This document shows, piece by piece, positions 49,765 to 59,151 of a stretch of 64,000 bases of DNA. The translations under genes were made by a program, and so were the position numbers. This DNA is from Akkermansiaceae bacterium (lineage in GTDB: Bacteria; Verrucomicrobiota; Verrucomicrobiia; Verrucomicrobiales; Akkermansiaceae), in assembly GCA_051251915.1 (NCBI GenBank), contig JBPOGF010000013.1:1-64000 (forward strand), read 5' to 3'. Under the pieces are notes generated by a model. It was not told where the DNA came from, searched no databases, and saw only the letters and a program-made list of their open reading frames with translations. Positions within the stretch are counted from its first letter, which is position 1; each line of letters starts with the position of its first letter.

Positions 49765-51033
49765 CTAACTAGTTTTCTCTCCTAATTGCTTAGCCACCTT
49801 CTCCACCCAAGGCACCCCAATATACTCCTCAAGAAGCTTAGCCGCACCCTTCTGGATCTCTTTAGTCGTATGCTTCATACGTGAACCAGGTCCAATAGGA
49901 GCCAAATATTTCTCTCCAAACTTCTCAATAGCCACCCTACCCTCAAGATACTTAACCACAGCCTCATCACCCTCTAGCTTTCTATGTAAACTCTCAAACT
50001 GTGACTTATTAGAACCAGTCATTTTACACGTATTCAACAAATGATCCGTCCAATAATAAGCCCTTCCAGGAGAATCCGCTAAATCCTCTGTTAAATACTT
50101 ATAAAACCTCGTCTCAAACGCCCCTATCTCCTCCGAAGTAGCCTTACCAGAATATGCATTTCTAGTGTACAGCCAAATAATACCATCATTCGGAGGCTCA
50201 GGCCCTAGCCCGCCATGACCACCAGGTGCAATCCGTAAAGTTGCATTACGCCCTATCTCATCCACTGCAAAAGCAGAAGCATAGCGGTTATAATCACGCG
50301 CACCAGTAATCACATAATAAAATCCACTCTTAGGAGGCGTCTCGTCAGGAATATATCCTATCATCGGCATCGCCCCTCCATATTTATAATGAGCAGCATT
50401 CCAAAATGCACGCGCCCCACCACCAGAACCACCAGTGAAAAACACCCGCTCCTTATCGAACGAGAACTTATCAAAAGCATGCATTAAATTATTATGAATA
50501 TGCGTACCATTCACCTTCCCCTTATTACTAGAATTTCCACAAGCAATCAAAACCATCCCCGTCAACTCAGACGCAGGAACCATTAACTGAAGATTTCTCG
50601 CATTCCCCGGACTAGCACCAGTATAAAACATTGCCGAAACCTTCCCTCCCACCTTGACCGTAGATGGCACATAATGATAATAAAATGACTCATCTTTAGA
50701 TGACTCAGGACCACCAATCTCAGCCTTTACAACCTTCTTCCCTGAGCCCCCCTCAACTTTTGCCCCCACCGGCTCTTCCTCCACATCAGGCTCCTCAGCA
50801 AAATGAGCCATAACAAACTCCTGATCAACAGCTGACAACATAGCAAGCGGAACCTTCACCGTCCTACCATTAGCCCTAAGCATGGTCACCACATCATCAC
50901 TGAAGACTGTCGCCACTGCCGTAATGGTCTTACCATCAACCGATGTCCAAGTTCTAGATTCTGTAGGTTCAGCTGCACACAACACTCCATTGAAACACAA
51001 CGACATTAGACATATAAGAGAAAAATTTTTCAT
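49765..51033 (-). CDS. Exported SHD1-domain protein with alpha/beta-hydrolase-like C-terminal region
   Basis: RTWTSVDGKTI...VPLAMLSAVDQEF (SHD1-like); FTGGSGGG elbow, GARDYN, PGGH. Confidence 0.75.
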   Translation of the reverse strand: MKNFSLICLMSLCFNGVLCAAEPTESRTWTSVDGKTITAVATVFSDDVVTMLRANGRTVKVPLAMLSAVDQEFVMAHFAEEPDVEEEPVGAKVEGGSGKKVVKAEIGGPESSKDESFYYHYVPSTVKVGGKVSAMFYTGASPGNARNLQLMVPASELTGMVLIACGNSSNKGKVNGTHIHNNLMHAFDKFSFDKERVFFTGGSGGGARAFWNAAHYKYGGAMPMIGYIPDETPPKSGFYYVITGARDYNRYASAFAVDEIGRNATLRIAPGGHGGLGPEPPNDGIIWLYTRNAYSGKATSEEIGAFETRFYKYLTEDLADSPGRAYYWTDHLLNTCKMTGSNKSQFESLHRKLEGDEAVVKYLEGRVAIEKFGEKYLAPIGPGSRMKHTTKEIQKGAAKLLEEYIGVPWVEKVAKQLGEKTS

Positions 51034-51191
51034 GACATTATAAACACATATAGATTTTATGATTAACCTAAAAGCACATCGCTATCAAAACAGATAATAC
51101 AAACCAGGCAAGCACAAATGAACTAACATCTGTGCCTGATAAAAAATTTATAAACACCTCTATAACAAAAATCACCCCAGCTCCTCAAGAT

Positions 51192-51351
51192 ACCCCACTC
51201 CTCAGAAAAAGTCTCCAGCCGTATCCTCAAACGAAGTCGACGGCATCAACAGAGTCCTCTACGACATCTCTAGCCCCCCCCTGCGTCCACCGAATGAGAA
51301 TAAACTAAAAAAGCAATTCAAAACGAACTCAACTTAAACACAAAACGGCAC
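51192..51351 (+). pseudogene. Degenerate duplicate of the guaA 3' end (direct repeat copy 2)
   Basis: Matches 49560-49718 with small indels and TGG changed to TGA. Confidence 0.9.
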
Positions 51352-51375
51352 TCCTCCCTGAGATATACTGTTAAT

Positions 51376-51891
51376 TTACTTAACTACTTTCCCATACCGC
51401 AAGGACAGATAACAAACGACAGACAACATAAGTGCTATCTCTATTCTACCTAAACCAGTAGATAAACCAATAGCCCCAGTCACCCAAATAGACACAGCCG
51501 TTGACATACCACTAACTTTATTATCCTGCTTCAGGATAACACCACCCCCTAGAAAACCTAGCCCCGTGATAACAGCCCCCACAATACGCGGCAATGCACT
51601 AGCCTCCGCAAGTCCACCTGCCAGCAATGCAAAGGCACAAGTAGCCACCCCGATTAAAGGGAAAGTCCTTATACCCGCTGATCTATCAGCCACCTCTCTA
51701 TTCCAACCTATAGGTAAAGATAGCAAGTAAGCAGCGGCGATAAATATCAGAGAGCTAACAGCCGCGTCACAATCAAACTGCATAAATTTCTCTACATTCA
51801 TAACTTTATTAATTTGATCCAACAGCGAGTATTTCGCAAGAAAACTACCCCTGCTCCTCGTCTTTAGGTCGGTAAGCCACAGTCTCCTCAA
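51376..51891 (-). CDS. MgtC/SapB family protein
   Basis: IGWNRE...AGIRTF, ITGLGFLGGG, GMSTAVSIW; real start probably 51801 or 51783. Confidence 0.88.
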   Translation of the reverse strand: MRRLWLTDLKTRSRGSFLAKYSLLDQINKVMNVEKFMQFDCDAAVSSLIFIAAAYLLSLPIGWNREVADRSAGIRTFPLIGVATCAFALLAGGLAEASALPRIVGAVITGLGFLGGGVILKQDNKVSGMSTAVSIWVTGAIGLSTGLGRIEIALMLSVVCYLSLRYGKVVK

Positions 51892-52906
51892 GATAGCCTC
51901 TCAACTCCTCTAGATTCTGCTCCTCAGCAGCTGAAATCGGTATAATTCTCTGCTTAGGGAATCTCTGTTTGAAGATCTCCAAGTTCTCTTCTGCTCCCTC
52001 AAGATCCATCTTATTCGCCACAATGATCCACTCAAACTTAGCAAGATCCTCATCATACATGCTAATCTCAGTACGCAAAATCTCCAGATCTTCAATAGGA
52101 TCTCTCCCATCAACACCACCCATATCCACCACAAATAGTAACACGTGACAGCGAGTAATATGCCTCAAAAACTCATGACCTAAACCTCTGTTCTCATGCG
52201 CTCCTTCAATCAACCCCGGAATATCAGCAACTGTACAACGCTTGAATCCAGGAAACTCCACCACGCCAACCATCGGCTTCAGTGTCGTAAATGGATAAGA
52301 TCCTATCTTAGGCTCAGCAGCAGAAAGCTTGCTCACAAGCGTAGACTTTCCAGCATTAGGAAATCCTACCATACCCGCATCAGCTATCCTTCTTAGCTCG
52401 AAATAATAAACCCCTTCATCCCCTTCTGTCCCGAGCGTGTGCTCCTCAGGGGAACGGTTAACAGATGATTTATAGTGAAAGTTTCCCTTACCACCCTTAC
52501 CGCCACTACAGAGAAGGAACTCATCCCCATACTTAGTAAGATCAGCAATAGGATCCAAATCAATTCCCTCTCCACGCTCCATCTCCACAGCATCCTTAAT
52601 AGTAAGCGCAGGACTCTTATAAACCACAGTCCCAGGTGGAACCTTAGCAATTCTAGTCTTACCACTCTTACCATGCTTACGAGCACCAGCTCCATGAACT
52701 CCACTCTTCGCCACGATCTTAGGATCATAAAAGAATTCCTTCAAGTTATCCGTATGCGGGCTCACCTGTAGAATAATGTCGCCACCATTTCCACCATCAC
52801 CACCATCCGGTCCACCCTTCGGTCTAAACTTCTCTCTACGGAAATGAACTACGCCATTACCGCCATCGCCAGCCTTACAATAAACTCTGATATTATCTAC
52901 AAACAT
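51845..52906 (-). CDS. obgE: Obg family GTPase
   Basis: GGPDGGDGGNGG, GFPNAGKST, YPFTT, DIPG, NKMD. Confidence 0.97.
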   Translation of the reverse strand: MFVDNIRVYCKAGDGGNGVVHFRREKFRPKGGPDGGDGGNGGDIILQVSPHTDNLKEFFYDPKIVAKSGVHGAGARKHGKSGKTRIAKVPPGTVVYKSPALTIKDAVEMERGEGIDLDPIADLTKYGDEFLLCSGGKGGKGNFHYKSSVNRSPEEHTLGTEGDEGVYYFELRRIADAGMVGFPNAGKSTLVSKLSAAEPKIGSYPFTTLKPMVGVVEFPGFKRCTVADIPGLIEGAHENRGLGHEFLRHITRCHVLLFVVDMGGVDGRDPIEDLEILRTEISMYDEDLAKFEWIIVANKMDLEGAEENLEIFKQRFPKQRIIPISAAEEQNLEELRGYLEETVAYRPKDEEQG

Positions 52907-53077
52907 TTTCTTTAAAATTAGTTAACTCCTTGGGGGAACTGGCATCGTATAGCAGAAAAAACAACCTAAGCAACGTCAATTCGACACAAAAAGTGCTAAT
53001 TCATAGATAATTGCCTTGATTAACCAACTTTCTCCCCCCATAAGCCCGCTCTATTTTCACTACACATTACAAGCTAC

Positions 53078-53953
53078 ATGGCTAACACACTCAAAATAGC
53101 ATTACCAAAAGGCTCACTCCAGGACCCGACCATCGCACTCCTAGAAAAAGCGGGCTACAACGTCTACCTCTCTGACCGCGGACTCCGCCCATCATCAGAT
53201 GACTCAGAGCTAGACATCTACCTCATCCGTGCCCAAGAAATCGCCCGTTACATCGATTCTGGATTCCTAGACTGCGGAATCACAGGGCTCGACTGGGCAT
53301 ACGAAAACCGTGCAGATCTCGTAGATCTAGCTGAGCTTCCATACTCACGCGCCACCACACGCCCTACCAAATGGGTTCTCGTAGTCCCTGAAGACTCACC
53401 GATCCAAAGCGTGCACGACCTCGAAGGCAAACGCATCGCGACCGAAGGCATGGGAATCACCGAACGCTATCTAGAAGAAAAAGGAGTCAAAGCAGAAGTA
53501 GAATTCTCATGGGGAGCCACAGAAGTAAAAGTCCCTGACCTCGTAGACGCCATCGTAGACGTCACAGAAACAGGCAGCTCCATCCGTGCCAACAAGCTCC
53601 GCATCGTTGACACCCTACTCACATCATTCCCACACTTCTACTCCAGCAAAGAAGCTCAGAAAGACGAATTCAAGAAAAACAAGATGGACAACATCGTCCT
53701 AATGCTCAAAGCAGCACTTGAAGCACGCGATAAAGTAGGCTTAAAAATGAACTTACCCGAAAATTCCTTGCAAAATGTTTTAAAAGCCTTACCATCTCTC
53801 CGCCGACCAACTATCTCTCAGCTCGCTGAAGAAGGCTGGATAGCAGTTGAGACAGTGATTGAGGAATCCATCGCACGCCAAATCATCCCTACACTAAAGG
53901 AACTTGGCGCAGAAGGAATCATCGAGTATCCGCTCAATAAACTCGTTCACTAA
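53078..53953 (+). CDS. hisG: ATP phosphoribosyltransferase (long form)
   Basis: IALPKGSL, DCGITGLD, DAIVDVTETGSS, C-terminal regulatory domain. Confidence 0.96.
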   Translation: MANTLKIALPKGSLQDPTIALLEKAGYNVYLSDRGLRPSSDDSELDIYLIRAQEIARYIDSGFLDCGITGLDWAYENRADLVDLAELPYSRATTRPTKWVLVVPEDSPIQSVHDLEGKRIATEGMGITERYLEEKGVKAEVEFSWGATEVKVPDLVDAIVDVTETGSSIRANKLRIVDTLLTSFPHFYSSKEAQKDEFKKNKMDNIVLMLKAALEARDKVGLKMNLPENSLQNVLKALPSLRRPTISQLAEEGWIAVETVIEESIARQIIPTLKELGAEGIIEYPLNKLVH

Positions 53954-53989
53954 CATCGAACAATCTAACCAAAACAAGAAATTACCACA

Positions 53990-54094
53990 ATGGGAAACTT
54001 AAAGAAAAAGCGTAAGACTAAGATCAATAAGCACAAGCGCAAGAAACGCCAAAAGGCGAATCGCCATAAAAAGCGCCTTCGTTATAAGTCATAA
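53990..54094 (+). CDS. 34-aa basic protein, AURKAIP1/COX24 (bS22/mS38-like) family (not in ORF track)
   Basis: MGNLKKKRKTKINKHKRKKRQKANRHKKRLRYKS; followed by a strong terminator. Confidence 0.82.
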   Translation: MGNLKKKRKTKINKHKRKKRQKANRHKKRLRYKS

Positions 54095-54125
54095 TTAATT
54101 GACCCAATAACATCAAACAAACTTT

Positions 54126-54158
54126 AAGGGACACGGATTCACTCCGTGTCCCTTTTTT
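54126..54158 (+). terminator. Rho-independent terminator
   Basis: AAGGGACACGGA-ttcac-TCCGTGTCCCTTTTTT. Confidence 0.9.
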
Positions 54159-54244
54159 CTGTCAACCAAACACCCATTTCACTCAGTTTCATCATGCCCG
54201 ACCATCATGCTGGACTAATGACCAATGACCAATAAACCTCTGAC

Positions 54245-55072
54245 GTGCCAAAGGCACCTAAACCTCTAAACGACCCTAATCATAATATCCACCCCATGCA
54301 AGACGCCCACCTCCACCTACAAGACCCAAGATTCCAAGACATAAATACCATCATCGCCGAAATGAGAACCACGGGAATAACCCGCTGCGTCGTCAACGGA
54401 ACCTCCCCAGAAGACTGGCCACGCGTCCAGGCACTCGCCACAGCACACCCAGACCTCATCATCCCATCCTACGGCCTCCACCCCTGGAAAACCCCATGCC
54501 ACTCAGACTGGAAACCACTCCTAAAAACTTACCTCCAAGACTCACCAACCCCATGCATCGGAGAATGCGGCCTAGACCGCTGGATACCAGACTTCGACAC
54601 CCATGCCCAGCAAGAAGCCTTCACTCACCAGCTAAACCTAGCCTGCGAGCTAAACGCCCCCATCTCCATCCACATCCTCAAAGCCTGGGGATGGTTCCTC
54701 GATACACTAAGAAACAAATCATTCCCCAAACGCGGATTCCTCCTCCACTCATACAACGGCTCCGCAGAACTCATCCCTGAACTCGTCAAAGCCGGCGCCT
54801 ACTTCTCCTTCTCCGGCTACTACCTAAACCCCAGAAAACACAAACAACTACAAATATTCTCACACATACCACTCCACCGCCTACTCCTAGAAACAGACGC
54901 CCCAGACATGCTCCCACCACAGCAAATCATCAACCACCCACTCAACACCATCAACCACCCCGCAAACCTCCCATCCATCCAGACCGCACTTGCCACCAAA
55001 CTCAACCTCCCCCCCGAAGACCTAGCCACCCAAACCTCCCAAAATTTCTCACGCTTTTTCCTTAGCAAATAA
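54245..55072 (+). CDS. TatD family hydrolase
   Basis: DAHLHL, GLHPW, IGECGLD, LHSY, LLETDAPD; start probably ATG at 54296. Confidence 0.93.
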   Translation: MPKAPKPLNDPNHNIHPMQDAHLHLQDPRFQDINTIIAEMRTTGITRCVVNGTSPEDWPRVQALATAHPDLIIPSYGLHPWKTPCHSDWKPLLKTYLQDSPTPCIGECGLDRWIPDFDTHAQQEAFTHQLNLACELNAPISIHILKAWGWFLDTLRNKSFPKRGFLLHSYNGSAELIPELVKAGAYFSFSGYYLNPRKHKQLQIFSHIPLHRLLLETDAPDMLPPQQIINHPLNTINHPANLPSIQTALATKLNLPPEDLATQTSQNFSRFFLSK

Positions 55073-55088
55073 CCCCACCTCAGATAGA

Positions 55089-56024
55089 ATGCCCACCGTG
55101 CAACCAGACTCATCCAGCCTACGCCCCATCTACATCTGCGGCTCCACAGCCACCGGAAAAACCGGCATCTCCATCGCCCTAGCAAACCACATCAACGGAG
55201 AAATCGTCAACGCAGACGCCTACCAAGTCTACCGCGGACTCGACACCATCACCGCCGCACCATCACCAGACGAACTCACCCAAGCCCCACACCACCTCTT
55301 CGGCACCCTAGACCCCACAGAAGACTTCGACGCCCAGCGCTACCTCGACCTAGCCACCCCCATCATCTCCGACATCCAATCCCGAGGCAAAACCCCCATC
55401 ATCGTCGGCGGCTCCGGCATGTACCTCAAGTTCCTCACCCACGGCCCATCCCCACTCCCACCAGGAAATGACCAACTCAGAGCCGAACTAGACGCCCTAC
55501 CAGAACAAGACCTCATCACCCAACTCCAAACCCTAGACCCCACCGGCGCAGCCCAGACCAACCTCAAAAACCGCCGCTACGTCACCCGCGCCCTAGAAAT
55601 TTGCCTCCTCACCAGACAACCCATGTCAAAACTCAAAACAGACTGGGAAAAAAGCACCACAGAAACAGAAAAACACCTCCGAGGCATCCTCCTAGACTGG
55701 GACCGCGAAGAACTCCGCCAACGCATCGCCACCCGTACCCAACTCATGATAGAATCCGGCGCCATCCAAGAAGTAGCCGCCCACCCTCACCTCTCCAAAA
55801 CCTGCGAAAAAGCCATCGGCATCCGCGACATCCAATCCCACCTCCGAGGAGAAATCTCCCTAGAACGCTGCCAAGAACTCATCTTCTTCGCCACCTGCCA
55901 ATACGCCAAACGCCAACGCACCTGGTTCAACCGAGAACCCTGGATCACCAAAATCCCCATGCACAAAAACTTACCCCCAGCTCAAATCCTAAAACACCAT
56001 CTCCACTCTTTATCGCTAAAATAG
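55089..56024 (+). CDS. miaA: tRNA dimethylallyltransferase
   Basis: GSTATGKT, NADAYQVYRG, VGGSGMY, QYAKRQRTWF. Confidence 0.96.
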   Translation: MPTVQPDSSSLRPIYICGSTATGKTGISIALANHINGEIVNADAYQVYRGLDTITAAPSPDELTQAPHHLFGTLDPTEDFDAQRYLDLATPIISDIQSRGKTPIIVGGSGMYLKFLTHGPSPLPPGNDQLRAELDALPEQDLITQLQTLDPTGAAQTNLKNRRYVTRALEICLLTRQPMSKLKTDWEKSTTETEKHLRGILLDWDREELRQRIATRTQLMIESGAIQEVAAHPHLSKTCEKAIGIRDIQSHLRGEISLERCQELIFFATCQYAKRQRTWFNREPWITKIPMHKNLPPAQILKHHLHSLSLK

Positions 56025-56405
56025 CGCCATAGGCAGACTCGCCAAAAAGCAGCATAACAAGAAAAGCAAACCATACACCAAAAACCTCCGCCTCTCCCTA
56101 GACATGGTCTTCAGCCCCTTCAGCCCCTCCTGTCGAAACGCCAAATACCCAAGGCTCAGCCCACAGGTAAAATGAACCATCCGAACAAAATCATATAGAG
56201 GTGAAAACCCTTTCATCAATGGTAACGGAAACAACGCAAACACAAACGCACAAGCCATCAAAAAGTAAAACCGTTCCTCGTCAGAATAAAACCGGCGCGT
56301 CAGCCCCACAGCCAACCAAATTACAAACATTATACCCACAGGAATAAGACTCTCTTTAAGAAACATCTCCGTCAACCTCCCCCGAAACTCCTCCTCATAA
56401 TTCAT
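56016..56405 (-). CDS. Hypothetical membrane protein
   Basis: 129 aa with about four hydrophobic segments. Confidence 0.6.
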   Translation of the reverse strand: MNYEEEFRGRLTEMFLKESLIPVGIMFVIWLAVGLTRRFYSDEERFYFLMACAFVFALFPLPLMKGFSPLYDFVRMVHFTCGLSLGYLAFRQEGLKGLKTMSRERRRFLVYGLLFLLCCFLASLPMALF

Positions 56406-56488
56406 CCATACACACTACCTCCTAGCCTCTGAACAAACCACCAAAAAAACTAACCTCTACACCTCAGCCATCCCCAAGCTTCACAACA

Positions 56489-56845
56489 TCACTTCACAAA
56501 CAAAAACAAAATAACCCACTGCACAACAATCAACATAATGGCTCCCCCCATCAACAAATACATCAAACAAATCCTAACCCTCTGAAATTTCCACTCCGGT
56601 CGAGTCCTAAAGCACCGCAGACCAAACCCAAAGGAACAAGCCGACACAGATCCCACAAAAAGCATAGTCAGCAAATAAATCCCCACACCATAAAAATCAT
56701 GATTCTCCAGATCTGACCTTAAACACTCAAAACGCTGCAACACAGCAACCAATAAAAAGAAAAATCCAAAAAATAACGTCAAATCAAACCCCACCCTCTC
56801 AGAAGCCCACTTCTTGCCACAACGACAAATAAATGCGCAAACCAC
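56489..56845 (-). CDS. Hypothetical membrane protein, start uncertain
   Basis: Hydrophobic ORF; frame stays open upstream to about 56950 without an ATG. Confidence 0.5.
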   Translation of the reverse strand: MVCAFICRCGKKWASERVGFDLTLFFGFFFLLVAVLQRFECLRSDLENHDFYGVGIYLLTMLFVGSVSACSFGFGLRCFRTRPEWKFQRVRICLMYLLMGGAIMLIVVQWVILFLFVK

Positions 56846-56967
56846 AAATAGAAATACTGGCCAAACAGCTACCGCAAAGATCCGGAAAACCCTATCCTCA
56901 ATATGGCACAGTATCTCTAAATTCAGATGATTAACTAACTCTAAGTGTATAATTTGAATAAGTCACC

Positions 56968-59037
56968 CTACTCAGGCAACCCAAGACTATCAAGAAAGAA
57001 ACCAGCCCGCTTCCACCTTCCATAAGAACTCTCCGCACACCCATGCCCCTTCCCTGGCATCACCAACAACTCAAAATCCTTACCCGCCTTCAGCAACGCA
57101 TCAGCTAACTGCATCGTAGACGCCGGATCCACATTCGTATCCATCTCACCCACATTCAAGAATAACTTACCGCTAAGTTTCGCCGCATGAGTCGCATTGG
57201 ACTGCTCAGCATAATGCGGCCCCACCGGCCAGTCCATCCACTGCTCATTCCACCAAATCTTATCCATTCGGTTATCATGACACCCACAGTCAGAAAATGC
57301 CGCCTTGTAGAAATCACCGTGAAGCAAAACCGCCCCCGTAGAACTCTGCCCACCAGCAGAACCCCCAAAAATCCCCACCCGCGCCACATCCATCTGCGGA
57401 TACTTCTCCGCCGCCTCCTTTATCCACTTAATCCGATCCGGCAACCCCGCATCAACCAAGTTCTTATAACAAAAATGGCTAAACTCCCTACAACGCTGAT
57501 GCGTCCCCTTACCATCTATCTTCACCACAATAAACCCACGCATCGTCAACTCATGAATCCCCGCCATCCACACCCGTAACTCCTTCGGCACATGCTGACC
57601 ATGCGGCCCCGCATAAATACTCTCTATCACCGGATAACTCTTACCCGGATCAAAACCCTTCGGCCAATAAATAGTCCCCCAAATCTCAAACCTCCCATCC
57701 CTATCCTTACTCACAAACGCCTCCGGCTTCTGCCACCCCTTCGCCTCCAACCCAGACAAATCACAAGACCCAACATCAGCCAAAACCTTACCCGTAACAC
57801 CATCTATCATCTGATACCCCGCCGCCCTATCCACTCCCTTAAGTGTATCCACAGCATACGCATAGTCCTCAGAAAACTCCAACCCATGATTCCATTTCCC
57901 ATCCGTAATCCTCCTTAAACCAGACCCATCAAAATTCACCCAATACCACTGCTTATAATAAGGATCCACACCCTCCACCTCACCACCCGCAGTAAATAAA
58001 ATCCTACGCTTATCCTCATCCACATACTCCACATCATGCACAGTCATTTCCCCCTTCGTGATCTGGTTCTTCACCTCACCAGTCACCCCATCATATAAAT
58101 ACAAATGATTCCACCCATCTCGCTCAGAACTCCAAATGATTTCCTTACCCCCAGCCACATCATGCCGATACGTATGAAACGCATAAACATACGTATCACT
58201 ATCCTCACGAATCAAAACCCGATGACTCCTCTCCTCCACATCAGCCAAAATCACATGCTGCTTCCCAAACCCACGCTCAATAAATTCATACGTAAAAAAC
58301 CGCCCATCTCGCCACTCATAATCCCCCACCTCATACGGATTCACCAACAACGACTCATCCGCCACAAAAGCCTCACCCCCATCCACATAAAAAACCACCG
58401 GCTCCGCCACATCGATCACATCCCCTGGCTTGTCATACCTAAATTCATGCAACTTAGGCTGTAATCCATCCTCCGGCGCAGACTCCACTATCGTCACCAT
58501 TCTCTCCTGACCCCGCGTCACCCGACTAATCACAAATTTCATCGAGTCCGGCGCCCACAACACCTTACCAAACTTCATCTTCTCAGCATCCACCTCCATC
58601 AACAACTTCTTCCCCCTACCCTTACCCCTACCAGTCTCCTCCAAAAATAACTTCCCCTCATCAACACCAACACGCCATTTCCCATCAGGCGATCGCTCAC
58701 CACCTCTACCCTTCTTCTTACCCTTACCCCCAGACTTGGATTTAGACTCAGCCTTATTCAACTTCGCAAACTCCTTAGCCGAAACACGAACCTTCTCACC
58801 CTCCGGCGTCATCGAAAAATACTCTTTCTCACCCTCTTCATCCTCCCAACCAAATACAAACCGTCCCCCAGACCATCCCCCCACCAACTTATCATTCCTC
58901 AACACATCCTTATACTTATGATACTCAGCCAACGAATTCTCCCTATACTCTTCAAGCCCCTCCTCCCCACGCACCCCCAGCGACAAACACGCACAAACAA
59001 CAGCAACACTCACACCCCTAACAATTCTAAATAACAT
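56968..59037 (-). CDS. S9 family peptidase (dipeptidyl peptidase IV-like)
   Basis: SERDGWNHLY propeller, YAGP, GGSAGG, DTNV, GKGH triad; signal peptide. Confidence 0.93.
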   Translation of the reverse strand: MLFRIVRGVSVAVVCACLSLGVRGEEGLEEYRENSLAEYHKYKDVLRNDKLVGGWSGGRFVFGWEDEEGEKEYFSMTPEGEKVRVSAKEFAKLNKAESKSKSGGKGKKKGRGGERSPDGKWRVGVDEGKLFLEETGRGKGRGKKLLMEVDAEKMKFGKVLWAPDSMKFVISRVTRGQERMVTIVESAPEDGLQPKLHEFRYDKPGDVIDVAEPVVFYVDGGEAFVADESLLVNPYEVGDYEWRDGRFFTYEFIERGFGKQHVILADVEERSHRVLIREDSDTYVYAFHTYRHDVAGGKEIIWSSERDGWNHLYLYDGVTGEVKNQITKGEMTVHDVEYVDEDKRRILFTAGGEVEGVDPYYKQWYWVNFDGSGLRRITDGKWNHGLEFSEDYAYAVDTLKGVDRAAGYQMIDGVTGKVLADVGSCDLSGLEAKGWQKPEAFVSKDRDGRFEIWGTIYWPKGFDPGKSYPVIESIYAGPHGQHVPKELRVWMAGIHELTMRGFIVVKIDGKGTHQRCREFSHFCYKNLVDAGLPDRIKWIKEAAEKYPQMDVARVGIFGGSAGGQSSTGAVLLHGDFYKAAFSDCGCHDNRMDKIWWNEQWMDWPVGPHYAEQSNATHAAKLSGKLFLNVGEMDTNVDPASTMQLADALLKAGKDFELLVMPGKGHGCAESSYGRWKRAGFFLDSLGLPE

Positions 59038-59151
59038 TCTCTAAGAACGCTAAACCACCCCCACTTCTTTCCAACAAAAATCAAATAAATTCAAGCAGCC
59101 TCCAGCATAATTTTCCTAGCATCACCCGATAATTCTCCTACCCTCCCTCAC

